DNA of 63,540 nt, filler included, from Nemertoderma westbladi (Eukaryota > Animalia > Xenacoelomorpha), in NCBI GenBank assembly GCA_032718475.1. It is 3 parts of 3 records of this genome, joined end to end, with 100 filler letters (N's around TTAATTAATTAA, not from the genome) between each part and the next. Parts side by side here need not be neighbours in the genome. Positions count along the whole stretch, not along the records: positions 30,607 to 56,417 come from JAUCBJ010002708.1; 2 more parts are not named here. The stretch is one strand, 5' to 3'. The stretch's first letter is position 1. The number at the start of each line of letters is the position of its first letter. The notes below the pieces were generated by a model that saw only the letters and a program-made list of their open reading frames with translations, had not been told where the DNA came from and did no database searches. Of this stretch, positions 37,501 through 50,749 are shown in pieces. A program made the position numbers and the translations under genes.

Positions 37501-39738
37501 AATGTTTGCAACCGGATGTTAAAAGGGGAAAAGCCACCACCAATTTGGACTAAAGGTCAACTAAAGCCTCTCCCCAAGAAAGGAGACCTCGGCATACCAA
37601 CAAACTATCGTGGGATCTGTCTGCTTTTGGTAGCTGCCAAAATATACAATAAAATGATTCTATATAGGATTAGGCCTCACATAGAGAAACTACTGCGTAA
37701 GAGCCAAAACGGATTTCGACCAAGTAGATCAACAATAGCTCAGATACTTGCACTACGGAGACTGATTGAAGGAATTAAGTCAAAGAATCTCCCCGCAGTC
37801 ATGACTTTTGTGGACTTCAAGAAGGCATTCGACTCCATCCATAGAGGTAAAATGCTTGAAATCCTAAGAGCTTATGGAATACCAGAAGTAATTGTTGCTG
37901 GCATTAGATTGTTATATTGTGACACAGAAGCGCAGGTACTCTCACCAGATGGTGAAACTGAGGTTTTCTCAATCCTGGCTGGCGTACTGCAAGGTGACAC
38001 ATTAGCACCATTACTATTTGTAATTGTGCTGGATTACGCAATGAGGACGGCCACAAAGGGTGAAGATCTGGGATTCAAACTTCAAGAACGCAGAAGTAGT
38101 AGATATCCGGCAACTACAGTCACAGACACCGACTTTGCGGATGACATCGCCCTGCTCTCTAATACGCTAGCAGATGCACAGCTTCTACTAAATAAAGTGG
38201 AGAGGGCTGCTAAGGAGGTTGGATTGCATATAAATGCTACCAAGACCGAATTCATGACCTTTAATGTTGATGGAAACTTGACAACAATTGATAATAATCA
38301 ACTAAGGAAGGTCGATGACTTCCAGTACCTTGGATCATGGATAGAGAGTAGCAAAAAGGACATAGAAGTTAGGAAAGCAAAGGCTTGGGTAGCTCTATCA
38401 AAAATGGATACCATCTGGAAATCAGATCTCTCCAGGCACCTGAAGACTAAGTTCTTTCGAGCCACAGTGGAAAGTGTATTTTTATACGGCGGTGAGACCT
38501 GGACACTGACTAAATCACTTGAATAACGAATTGATGGTTGCTACACAAGACTACTAAGGGCAGCCCTAAACATCAGCTGGAGACAACACATGACAAACGC
38601 CGAGCTTTATGGTACAATACCACCTGTATCAACCACCCTCCGTGAACGCAGATTAAGATTCAGTGGGCACTGCTGGCGAAGTAAAGACGAGGTCATACCA
38701 GATCTACTTCTCTGGCAACCAACTCATGGAAAGCGTAGTCGTGGACGACCTGCCATAACATATATAGATCAACTTGAAAGGGATACTGAACTTGGGAGAA
38801 ACGAAATTGCGACAACTATGGAGAATCGGGAAGCCTGGAAGGATCTCATTTCCACTGTCCGAGTTCGCTCGACCTAGTAGTAGTAGCACAGGCTATCCAA
38901 CAGTAATCCTATTTTTGCATAGGTTATCCAACAGTTATCTAATTGTTGCACAGGTTATCCAACAGTTATCTAATTGTTGCACAGGTTATCCAACAGTTAT
39001 CTAATTGTTGCGCAGGCTATCCAACAGTTATCTAATTGTTGCACAGGTTATCCAACAGTTATCTAATTGTTGCACAGGCTATCCAACTGTTATCCTATTT
39101 TGCACAGGCTATCCAACTGTTATCCTATCTTTGCACAGGTTATCCAACAGTTATCCTATTTTTGCACAGGCTATCCAACAGTAATCCTATTTTTGCATAG
39201 GTTATCCAACAGTTATCTAATTGTTGCACAGGCTATCCAACAGTTATCCTCTTTTTGCACAGGCTATCCAAAAGTTATCAAATTGTTGCACAGGCTATCC
39301 AAAAGTTATCAAATTGTTGCACAGGCTATCCAACAGTTATCTAATTGTTGCACAGGCTATCCAACAGTTATCTAATTGTTGCACAGGCTATCCAACAGTT
39401 ATCCTATTTTTGCACAGGCTATCCAAAAGTTATCAAATTGTTGCAAAGGCTATCCAACGGTTATCTAATTGTTGCACAGGCTATCCAACAGTTATCTAAT
39501 TGTTGCACAGGCTATCCAACAGTTATCTAATTGTTGCACAGGCTATCCAACAGTTATCTAATTGTTGCACAGGCTATCCAACAGTTATCTAATTGTTGCA
39601 CAGGCTATCCAACAGTTATCTAATTGTTGCACAGGCTATCCAACAGTTATCCAATTTTTCCACAGGCTATCCAAAAGTTATCAAATTGTTGCACAGGCTA
39701 TCCAACAGTTATCTAATTGTTGCACAGGCTATCCAACA
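34586..39738 (+). repeat. Satellite, 31-bp unit GCACAGGCTATCCAACAGTTATCTAATTGTT, interrupted by a LINE
   Basis: Long array of 30-31-bp variants; it produces the spurious LHRLSNSY/AQAIQQL/CTGYPTVI ORFs. Confidence 0.97.
37259..38885 (+). mobile_element. 5'-truncated RTE-clade LINE (RT + C-terminus) with one premature stop
   Basis: PLPKKGDL..PTNYRGI, QNGFR, FVDFKKAFDSI, QGDTLAP, FADD, YLGSW, RGRP..TY.D; TAA at 38524-26; (TAG)n tail; TSD GCACAGGCTA at 37249-58 and 38886-95. Confidence 0.95.
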
Positions 39739-40035
39739 CGTTCGTGGGGCCTTCGCGCAGCACGAGGCCCAGTTATGAGATACAAATTAAAATTGTGCGA
39801 CTGTATCACAAAATCAGGTTATGAGAGATTAACAAACACCACCAATTAATCAAAGAAAGGGGGACAGTACGTGTTCACCCCTTTTAATCTGCACCCCCCC
39901 CCCCCCCCTCCCCCCACCCACCAATACATAACCGCGACATCTACCACCCACGGAAGGGTAGCACGAACTTATTTCCAAACGCACGTTCAATATGCAAAGC
40001 CAGGTGGTTTATAGGAATATAATCAATGCAGTACT
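39736..40035. repeat. Dispersed repeat X, copy 1 (hairpin terminus)
   Basis: Near-identical to 44027-44373; begins with the hairpin GTGGGGCCTTCGCGCAGCACGAGGCCC. Confidence 0.85.
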
Positions 40036-40702
40036 CGTCTTCATTATAAGCCTCTTTGCGTTCGACCTGTTTTGTATTACAATATATTTATTAAATGCAG
40101 GCTGACGCTCTTTATAATAATAATACCTAGGGATGCCAGCTTCCAGACTTTCAATCTTTACTGCCGCGCAAACCCCGCAGAGGAAGTTTTGGTTTGAGAG
40201 ATCAAGCCCATCGGCAATTGGTGTTTCAATTTCGGCCCAGGAACTCTGACAATGGGAGCATTCAATCTTAGCTGTGGTCCATTCCCGTGGTTTCGGCTTC
40301 CTTTTCTTCGTCCCAATGACAGATTCTTCTGAAGACGTTCGATTCGCTTTCAGTTTATTGTTGGCGTTTGTGTTTTGAAGTTGTATTCCAGTGGACAGTC
40401 GCGCCGGTTTCGAGGTAACCATACCGACCTGTGATAAGCGTTGGTTATGTTGAGTGCCGGTATTCTTCTTCTCTCACCTCTTCAATGTCAGATGTTGCAA
40501 ATACTGATAACACGAATAACGGTATATATTTCAATACTTGTCAATAGTAATATATATAATTTAGATAACTATTTTATATCTGTACTGTTGAGCAAACTCT
40601 ACATAAATTTCAACCTGCGTATCGCCGGTAGTGCTGTTGCTGTGCAAGTGCTGAAGTGCTAGTTGCCACCGGTCACGCGGTCAGCCGGTAGTAGGGTGGT
40701 AC

Positions 40703-42541
40703 CATGGCCTACTACACACAGGCCATGACAAGGACTTTGCTGTGAAATTAGCGTAGGCTGACTGATGAATTATCAAATATTATATATTCCATGAATGCAG
40801 GGTCCATATTTAAAAGAAGATGACTAGATTTTCGTAAAGAATTTAATTGAAACAGTATTTAATAATTAATAAATTAATTATCGCTCGAGTTCCTGCAGCT
40901 TTTATTCGTTTGTGGCTGCCTCTGGCTATGTTTGTGGCAGGAATGTTTGAACGCTAATAAGTCGGTCAATCATGGATGAAATGGAACCAAACTTGGTACA
41001 CATGTAGTCTAAAAAAAATTTAGAAATTCTACACACAGACAGACTTCTACAGTTCCCCGGTCTGCTGCTAGGGGGCGAATTAACAGAAACGTAAAAATAG
41101 CTGTAATTATAGAACCAACGATCAGATTCATCTGAAATTTAGTAGTAGTTACCTAAGAGCATTGCTTAATTAGAAATTCTACAGAGACTTTTACAGTTCC
41201 TGTCTGCCGCTAGTGGGGAATTGTTAGAGCTCCAGTTCAACGTGCTTAGCACGGTTTAATAAACAATCAATTAATTATTTTATTCAATACAGTAATTATA
41301 ACAGTAAAATGCAATGTATTCTATTTTTTAGTGAAATCAAGAGATAGGAGGGGGTGGGACTGGACGCAAATCCCATCTTGGCGAATTAATATCCCGCTTC
41401 AATATTAATTTCTCAATTTTGGAAAGGAGCAGGTTACAGTGGCACGTTATTTTAACCAAAACAATAAAGTAAACACAATAGAACAGGTTACAGTTTTATT
41501 TTTGAGAGAAATCAGCTGTTGTTATTTGCGTCCAATTTCCCCTGGAGAGGGATGAATTTTTATTGCGTCCAGCCCCCCCCCCCCCCCCCCCCTATCTTGA
41601 AATCAAATACCAAAAATATATTTATTATATGAACAATCTATTTGGAAATTGTAAGTTCGGCCTATCTCTTTACCATAAGCTCAGTATCTTTATCTGGTGT
41701 GTTTTTATTATTTTACCAATTATTTAATATGTTTGATAGAATTGAACAACACCGCCCAACACAACCAACTCTCTATCCGCCTCGAGCATCGAGAATACGA
41801 GAAACTCGATCGAAATACATGCTTATCCCAGTAGTATCCGTCCGTAGTCACCGGACCGCTGCGGTTTACTCCCGTAGAACAGTAGAATTCCCGCAGCTTC
41901 CGACCCAATTCGACAACGAATTCGCTTCACACTTCAGAGAACAGAGAACGTAATCCAGTGCGATAACGTCTGCCCAACGTTCAACCATTTCCCCCAGCGA
42001 TCCCAGGATCCGGGCCGCCGCTAAACCCAGATCGCAATCCTCGTCGATTCGTCCAGTCGTCGACGTGGCCTAAGTCAGTAAGTGGGACTCTTCCCACCGC
42101 ACTCCAAGGTGGGTGACCGGAGTGAGGCATGAGGAACTTGGCAGTGGCCCGCATTACGATCTGACCGACCGCCGTATTCCCAGTGTCTGAGTGTAGTAAA
42201 TACCCAAATAGAATCGTACTGACAAACAAGCAATTCCGTAGTATTCCCCCGTTAATCACCTCTTGAAGCAACTCGGCTGCTCGGGTCCAGATACATCGCA
42301 GCATCGGACTGTCGGGAGCGTTTCAGACAGTAATGGAGCGGCATTTGCGAATATTTCCAATGGTTTTATAATAAATAAGGGGATTCAACAGTTCAATGCT
42401 AAAACAAATGGATTATTCCTAACCCCACCCCAATACAGCAATATACCTAACAGTATATAGCTTAGGTACCACAGTCTGACAGTACCATAATCAGCACAGT
42501 CAGCCTACGCTAATTTCACAGCAAAGTAGTAGTAGGCCATG
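40703..42541. mobile_element. Non-autonomous P/hAT-type element with 8-bp TSD
   Basis: GGTGGTAC|CATGGCCTACTAC...GTAGTAGGCCATG|GGTGGTAC; perfect 31-bp inner IR at 40734-64 and 42497-527. Confidence 0.85.
41341..41597. mobile_element. Nested MuDR-like MITE with 9-bp TSD
   Basis: TGAAATCAA|GAGATAGG..GGACGCAA...TTGCGTCC..CCTATCT|TGAAATCAA. Confidence 0.65.
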
Positions 42542-42965
42542 GGTGGTACCTACGGTGCGCACTACAACGGCAGTACAGCAATACGGTGTACCGTGCCAAT
42601 GACTGAATGATTAGCGGTAACTATCTAAACTATTAGGCCTATGTTACAGTATTATTATTACCGGTGCCGGTAGGCCTACTGGGCTAATTACTGAATTAGG
42701 CCTAAACTATAATCACCGCAAGGGTTGCATGATATGGCATGTCTGCAGTGTATGGTACCGGTTGACCAGTATTGCAGTATTGAATGATTGCAGGATTCTC
42801 GATTCAGGGATTGAGTACAGCCTGACAGTACCGGTACACATGGTACATGCAGAATTGCAAAATTTGTTAGAAACACAGCTGATTTATCCTACAGTAATAA
42901 TAATTTAACGCATTTTAAATTTGGATAAATAAATTTATTATAACTGCAATAACAGTTACACTGAT

Positions 42966-43173
42966 GCTGCACGAAGGCCCCACGCAAATTCTACTTGGAA
43001 AATTTTCAAACTTTTGCCAAACAACATGTGTACCAAGTTTGGATAGATTTCATCAAGGATTGGCCGAGTTATTAACGTTTAAAATAAAATACTGAAAAAA
43101 AACGCGACAGAACGACAGGTTGATTAATGGTACCACTACGCTAAGGCTCACTCACTTCGTGGCTCGCCCCACA
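42966..43173 (+). mobile_element. Helentron/HINE-like short repeat, copy A
   Basis: CGAAGGCCCCACG...ACCAAGTTTGG...GACAGAACGACAG...GGCTCACTCACTTCGTGGCTCGCCCCACA; further copies at 43627-43821 and 45035-45269. Confidence 0.6.
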
Positions 43174-43189
43174 CAATAATAGACTGAAT

Positions 43190-43821
43190 AGTAGGGAATT
43201 CAGATTTCCATCTCGTTAGCTAGCTATGGCCAATCTGTCTACCGGCCTGTACACATGTGGTTACTTACATTCGCATTCCCATTGAAGAGCAACTGGCTGT
43301 TCTACACACACCAAACATCCTTCCCATCCTATGTACCAGCACCGAGCCAACTTGGATGTTAACCAATAAATGAGCAGTATTTAATGAGAATCAATTTTTT
43401 ATACCGTTTTAATTACTTTAGATCAATTAAAGACACAATTATTAAAGCAAATCACTTGAACTAATTAAAAACTATAATAGAATGGAGTATGTGGATTACA
43501 TACAATTTTTAAGTATAATCATTTAAATCTTATACTGTAAAACAATTAATTTCCTTTAAAAGGCAGGTTGAAAATGGTGTTTTCACCGTAATCAACTTAA
43601 TTAACTAATTAACTGCTATTATCTTAGCTTCTCGAAGGCCACACGGAAATTCTACTTGGAAAATTTCTAAACTTTTGCCAAACAACATGTGTACCAAGTT
43701 TGGATAGATTTCATCACAGATTGGCCGAGTTATTAACGTTTAAAATTGAACGCGACAGAACGACAGGTTGATTAATGGTACCACTACGCTAAGGCTCACT
43801 CACTTCGTGGCTCGCCCCACA
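43190..43821 (+). repeat. Block Y, copy 1 (ends in HINE-like repeat)
   Basis: Direct duplicate of 44620-45269. Confidence 0.85.
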
Positions 43822-44026
43822 GTTCATAAGGCTACTACTGTAACTGTCCTATCATACATAATTACTGCTGTGAAATTATTACACCACTACATCTGACACA
43901 CAGATACAACGAATTACTTTACGGGCTAGATAAAATTCAAAACTACGTGCTACGCACAATTTACTGCAATAAAATCAGAGATGCCACTGGGACAGAATTA
44001 CGGACAAAGGCAAATCTACAACACTT

Positions 44027-45269
44027 ACACGTTCGTGGGGCCTTCGCGCAACACGAGGCCCAGTTATGAGATACAAATTAATATCGAGCGACTGTATCAC
44101 AAAATCAGTATTTCACTTTATAAATTAGTAAAATTTAGAAATTTAACCACACCGCCAATCAATCAAAAAAAGAGGGACAGTACGTGTTCAGCCCTTTAAA
44201 TCTGCACCCCCACCCCACCCCACCCCACCCCCCCCCACCCCCCCCACCCTTCCCACCCACCAATACATAACCGCGACATCTACCACCCACGGAAGGTAGC
44301 ACGAACTTATTTCCAATCGCACGTTCAATATGCGAAGCCAGGTGGTTTATAGGAATATAATCTACGCAGTACTAAATACAGTCGATGCAGTAATGAATGA
44401 TATTCAAATAATTTATTTAATATACTGTTAATGCCTCTGAAAACTTAGACAATTAAAATACACAGAAATCCCATCAAAAAATAATAAGCATAATATTTTG
44501 AGAAATAAACAATTTTGGATATAAGCCTTCTGCAGTGGTAATCTTATTGACTGACAATCATTAAATGAGATCTGTCTATTACCTGAGACTAAAGAACACA
44601 GACTCTATAGTGTAATAGGAGGTAGGGAATGCAGGTTTCAATCTCGTTAGGTCTAGCTGGCAGCCGTGTGGCTAGTTACATACAACCCCCCTCCACTGGC
44701 ATTCCCAGCAACTGGCTCCCTTACACACACATCCCCCATCTATGTACCAGCCAACTTGCAAGTTGGCCAATAAATGATCAGTATTTAATGAGAATCCATT
44801 TTTTATGCCGTTTTAATTACTTTAGATCAATTAAAGACACAATTATTAAAGCAAATCACTTGAACTAATTAAAAACTATAATAGAATGGCGTATGTGGAT
44901 TACATCTGTATAATTTTTAATTATAATTATTTAAATCTTATACTGTAAAACAATTAATTTCCTTTAAAAGGCAGGTTGAAAATTGTGTTTTCACCGTAAT
45001 CAACTTAATTAACTAATTAACTGCTATTATCTTAGCTTCTCGAAGGCCACACGGAAATTCTACTTGGAAAATTTCTAAACTTTTGCCAAACAACATGTGT
45101 ACCAAGTTTGGATAGATTTCATCAAAGATTGGCTGAGTTATTAACGTTTAAAATTGAACACGACAGAACGACAGAACGACAGAACGACAGAACGACAGAA
45201 CGACAGAACGACAGGTTGATTAATGGTACCACTACGCTAAGGCTCACTCACTTCGTGGCTCGCCCCACA
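44027..45269. mobile_element. Compact 1.24-kb X+Y unit, Helentron-like non-autonomous element
   Basis: Repeat X copy 2 plus block Y copy 2 with expanded (CGACAGAA)n; termini CGTGGGG...CCCCACA. Confidence 0.6.
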
Positions 45270-46020
45270 GTTGTCTAATTATTGCACAGGCTATCCAACA
45301 GTTATCCTATTTTTGCACAGCCTATCCAACAGTTATCAAATTGTTGCACAGGCTATCCAACAGTTATCAAATTGTTGCACAGGCTATCCAACAGTTATCT
45401 AATTGTTGCACAGGCTATCCAACAGTTATCAAATTGTTGAACAGCCTATCAAACAGTTATCCTATTTTTGCACAGGCTTTCCAACAGTTATCAAATTGTT
45501 GCACAGGCTATCCAACAGTTATCAAATTGTTGCACAGGTTATCCAACAGTTATCAAATTGTTGCATAGGCTATCCAACAGTTATCCTATCTTTGCACAGC
45601 CTATCAAACAGTTATCCTATTTTTGCACAGCCTATCCAACAGTTATCAAATTGTTGCATAGGCTATTCAACAGTTATCTAATTGTTGCATAGGCTATCCA
45701 ACAGTTATCCAATTTTTGACTGGCTATCCAACAGTTATCCAATTTTTTCACAGGCTATCCAACTGTTATCCTATTTTGCACATGCTATCCAACAGTTATC
45801 AAATTGTTGCATAGGCTATTCAACAGTTATCTAATTGTTGCATAGGCTATCCAACAGTTATCCCATTTTTGACTGGCTATCCAACAGTTATCAAATTGTT
45901 CCACAGCCTTTCCAACAATTATCATATTTTTGCCCAGGCTATCCAACAGTTATCCAATTTTTGCACAGGCAAACCAACAGTTTTCAAATTGTTGCAGAGG
46001 CTAACTACTGTAACAGTTAT
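45270..46020 (+). repeat. Continuation of the 31-bp satellite
   Basis: Same unit as 34586-39738, degenerating toward the right end. Confidence 0.95.
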
Positions 46021-46156
46021 CGAAAATGTATTTAAATTGCCAAAAATGGTCTCCCGGCTGGATGTCTGGGATTTCAATCTTACATTTATTAAGGGTAGAA
46101 GGGTTCTTTGAATTAATTTTATAGTTGTACCGGTACCACGTACTTATCGTACGTAC

Positions 46157-46370
46157 ACCCCCCCCCCCCCCCCCCCCCCCCCATTTTTCTACAAATCCTA
46201 ATTATTTAATTAATTAATTACAAATCCTAATTAGATTGCCTGAAATTTGAAATAGATATAGTTTCACCTACCTCCTCCTTAGTGAGTGAGCCGAAATTTT
46301 TATTTTTGCTGTCCTTGTTTAGCTACAAACGATTGAAAAAGTGTCTCCGGCGATAATTGCATCACTCGTA
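46157..46370 (+). mobile_element. Fragment of the CACCATG foldback MITE family
   Basis: poly-C then ATTTTTCTACAAATC...TGAAATTTGAAA...TTTAGCTACAAACGAT, as in the arms of 55173-55658. Confidence 0.55.
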
Positions 46371-48684
46371 CTGCATTGGCCTGTTAGTGTCACAGTTATA
46401 AATAATACTTTCAGTTTATCGTTGTACCGGTAGTGTTGAGCTTCAGGTGATACAGTAGCTGTCAGCTGAATTGTAGAACTGAATATACCGTAAATATATA
46501 CCTATTTGCTATTTAGTTATATCAATTATATTACTGCAGTGATTTAATTGAGTAATGGGCTGGTCGGTTGGTTGGGTGTAGTTGTAGGTCTATAGGTTGG
46601 ACGACATGTTTTACAGTTTAAATTTCCCACGTCAAATTTTAATTGTCTGTCTGTTATTTATATTGCATTTGATTGGTTGTTCTGGTGGTGGGATTTTAGT
46701 GATTTTTGATTAATAAACGAACTATCTCGTCCATTTGAGTAATTATGACAGTTTCACTTCCATGGTGAAATTATCTAAAGTTGTGAAATCTTGAGCGATC
46801 AATAAATAATAAATCCCATAAATCCAGTCAATACAGTAGTTTAGTATGTATATACCAGTGAATAATATATCGACTTTAAAACATTGAGGGGCAACTTGTA
46901 ACGTAGTTTATAAAATTATCCAGTCAATTTTTTAATATAAGACAGAAAAAATGAGGTGTGTCCCTTCCATGTTTAAGTTAATATCCAAAGATAAGCCCTG
47001 ACACTGCAGGCCCTTATCGTGCGGGGGGGGGGGGGGGGGGGTAGACAAGTCTCACTGCTCCCCTAGAAAAGTTCCACAGATACCCAAAAATAAGAGCACA
47101 TCTAACCACTACTATTCCATTGAATATCTATTCTATATCTATTTCCATCTGAATATCTATTCTACATCCCTATTCTATTCCACTATTCCATTGAATGGTG
47201 TTGTCATACGGGCCTGCCAGACAGATACTTTACAAGGTTACGTTTAAGTAACTCGTGATTCTTAATTTTAACTTTTGGAGCTGTCTTATTTGTAAATAAA
47301 CAATAAACTGTTTTAGACATATTTTAGATACAGCTTAACATTTGCTTTGCTGCGAACCATTCATCGAGACTTTCAAGTTCATAAAAGTTAATAATGTCTA
47401 CAAGATAATGGCATTTATTATGGCTACGTCGTAAACAGGTTTCAGGTATCACCAGTAGCTCCGGTAGCTCTTACCTTCGGAGAATGTTTGATTCCAGGTG
47501 ATTTCCATACCTTTGATCCATATTTCCATTCCATTCCATACCAATGATCACCATTCAATGTTTATTGAATTAAACCCAGATCTCATCAGCAAAGTCTCTA
47601 TCCGTCAAATGCATCTGGTGATATTATTCTACTTCTACTGCCGCCACTATCTGGCTGTATTTCCTCCCCATCTATATAATGTTAGTCAGCAGACATTCGT
47701 AGCACATATGGGGAGATGAAAGGAGCAAGCGGGTGACCGTGAAGACCACACCATGACACCTCAAATGTGTCTCCATCTGTTGTATACAGACAACTGCTTG
47801 GAATAACATCATAAACCGTGATTTGATTGTCATCGCGGGATCCCATAGGTGGTCACCAGGATCTTCTTAAGCGTAGGTTGTAGACGTAGTCGAAGGTCAT
47901 AGTCATTGCTATGCTATGGCAGAAGTATAAAAGCTATAACATGGAGCTAACAGATAATTCCCCTGTATTTATTACATTTTGGTTGCCCCCGCCGGAGCGT
48001 TTCTACATAATTCCTTACGCGATACAACATTATTCTGATGAATAGCTTAGCAGCAATCGATATCAGGATGTCTCCATGATTAGACCCATAGAGTCTTAGG
48101 TTTCCTTTCCTTATTCATTTAATTTAATTGCGCCTCGGGAATGGCATTAAACCGGTAAAAACATACGTGGTAAATAATAAAAATATAATTAATTGATAAA
48201 ATAAAAAGTAGTTAAGAAAGAAAAATCGCGTTTAGCTGTTAGACTCGGCCCAATATGCCAGTGACTTAGCGTTTTGTTTGCCATGTAATAAGTGGTAGAG
48301 TGCGGCAGAATCTCCACAGAGCAGACATATACAACTTTCCGTAACATGGGATGTTTCCTTCCCTTATGGACAGTAGCTAGCTTGTTAGTCCTCATTTTTT
48401 GTGGCTTTGCGCGTTACATGTTTTGGAGAATAGGAAGTAAAAGGAGTAATCCTGGATGGTTCCTGGATACTTTAAATGGAAGTAAATTGGAGATCTCTTT
48501 GGGCACTGTATGATATACACGATGAGTAGGGAAGAATAAGGTGAAGTTCATTCGACGCGTTTTGTAAGTTTATAGTTCCACAATTGTTAAACAACGAGAC
48601 AACCCCAACACCTTCCTGTACACACATACATACATACATACACACGTAATGGTACAACAACCTCATTAGTCGTTGTACATACAT

Positions 48685-48765
48685 GGTTGGGTGGCCGAGC
48701 GGTCTAAGGCGCTGGTTTAAGGCACCAGTCTCATTGAGGCGTGGGTTCGAATCCCACCCCAGCCA
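48685..48765 (+). tRNA. tRNA-Leu(AAG)
   Basis: GGTTGGG/CCCAGCC acceptor stem, anticodon arm CTGGT-TTAAGGC-ACCAG, long variable arm, GGTTCGAATCC, downstream TTTT. Confidence 0.96.
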
Positions 48766-49077
48766 AGTGAACTAGGCTTTTGCCTTTGGCACTGCTGTTA
48801 TTATTATTATTATTTTTTTTGTTAATAATTAATTGTAATTAATAGTTTTTTTTACATAATTTATTACTTGATTTGTTATTATTTATTTTACAAATTTTTT
48901 AATTATATGCGTAATTGTATTTCTATGTTGTAAAGAACAATAATTTCGCAGGTGTATTAATGCAAAGATAAATATACATACATGTTACAATAAAAATATT
49001 ACAAAAGCATACAAAAAATAATAATAAAAAAAAAATACCAAATAAAAACTTAAAGAGTGAGAAATTCAAAAAGTAAC

Positions 49078-49158
49078 TGGCTGGGGTGGGATTCGAACCC
49101 ACGCCTCAATGAGACTGGTGCCTTAAACCAGCGCCTTAGACCGCTCGGCCACCCAACC
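49078..49158 (-). tRNA. tRNA-Leu(AAG), identical inverted copy
   Basis: Exact reverse complement of 48685-48765. Confidence 0.96.
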
Positions 49159-50749
49159 ACGAGAGCAATGCAACCACTATAACATTGTCTAGTGGGAAGG
49201 TGAGTTGGATTCCATTTACCAACACAATAGTAGCTGTTATGAAAGGTGGTTTAACTTTTCTAAACTAATTGCAATGTTTATTTAATAATTATTTTATTCA
49301 TTCATATTTATATTGTCTCTCCATTCATTTCTTTGGGGTTAAATATGAAAATTTAAGACTTTTTGTCCCTGCAGGGATACGATACGATACGGATACGATA
49401 CGAAAACGTATTGCAGTAATTTATTCGTATCGAATTTCGTATCGTATCATCAAAATTGACTTCGTATCGTATAATACGAATATATATTTTTCGTATCGTA
49501 TTTTCGTATCTTATTATTTTGTAAATATTAATGTTTTCAACAGTTAAACCAGAGAGAGATAACACCACTTAATTCTTTTACATTTTTTTTTTCTCAAAAT
49601 TGGTGTATAAATTATGTTACAGCTTACAGTTTTATTATGTCAATAAAATGTGTAAGACACTGTAATTAACTGTAAAAGAACACTGAAATATAACCTAACT
49701 CTTGTTTAAATAAACTTGCTATTTAACTAATCGGGCCTACAGGCATGTTATGATAAGGCATTTTAGTGAGCGAATAAAATACAGTAAATAAAACATAAGT
49801 TTATTCTAGTATTAGTTTAACTTAGAAATTGAAGTTTTGAATTTTTTTATATTGGTACATCAAATTCAAAATTATTCCATAACTAACAGTGTATAGACTT
49901 AGAGTATGCATAAAGTGGTATGGTAATAATAATGGTAACGCCTACTATTTGGGCCGTGTTGCATAACGTCGTTATGGATGTGGTAGCCAGTAGACACACT
50001 TATTGATGTAGCAAGCGGAACGTTGAAATAATAAATAATTGTCTATTATAATAGAGAGATTTATGAATTTCTAAGTTAAATACAAAATAGAGGAAAATAC
50101 AATATTTTATCAATTCTTCGATAAAATACGATACGAAATAAGAGCAACAATCATGAATTTCACGAATAAACGGACATAGGGGCTCATAAAAAAACCTTCG
50201 CAGATAATCTTTTTAATGTTTGGATATCATGCCTAACATCCTAAAGTATCTGAAATGAGAAATTGGAAGCAATTTCCGTTATGTGTGGGTTCATACTTGC
50301 AAGTTGAAATTGACTACATTTTTTAACATTTTCCAAAATCTCTGTGCGAATTTTGCCTACAATTATGGCGCAAATACAGTCATTATAAATAATATTAATG
50401 CTAGTCTGTCTAATTGCCTGTGTGAGTGATGGTTCAACCTCGGTTGTAGTTAAGAAATAAATTAATTTTGGTTTCCTAGAGATCAATCAACTTCGTTTGA
50501 AAAAATAACAAAACGCTATTGCGAATTTCGTAATTCCGTAACGAAAACATGACATTTTTTAAAATAGCTTTTAAACTACTCAACATGTGACATTTAAATT
50601 TTAAATTATCTTCCTCTACCCGCTGGGCAATACCCAATTATTTTCCTTTTGTGGCAATGTGATATATAAGTCGAGATATTTGCGTTAAGGGAATTACAAT
50701 TTCACGTTACGGAATTACGTTACGGAATTACAATTTTCCAACAATGCGT

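Noticed and set aside
34594-39849. Repetitive ORFs (LHRLSNSY/AQAIQQL/CTGYPTVI)
   Set aside because: These are translations of a 31-bp satellite cycling through all three frames. The same applies to 45341-46111 and to the 51-bp satellite ORFs at 58099-59924.
40009-40422. 137-aa ORF with CxxC...FLCxxC
   Set aside because: Only a partial PHD-like pattern, running into repeat X; probably a retroelement ORF1 scrap that cannot be assigned.
41900-42060. THAP-like motif (RW...VLCS) inside the P/hAT element
   Set aside because: Lacks the N-terminal CxxxxC, the FP and the HF signature.
49372-49510. (CGATA)n/(TATCG)n palindromic patch and its ORFs
   Set aside because: Probably one end of a hAT-like MITE; no matching end or TSD found, and the ORFs are low-complexity.
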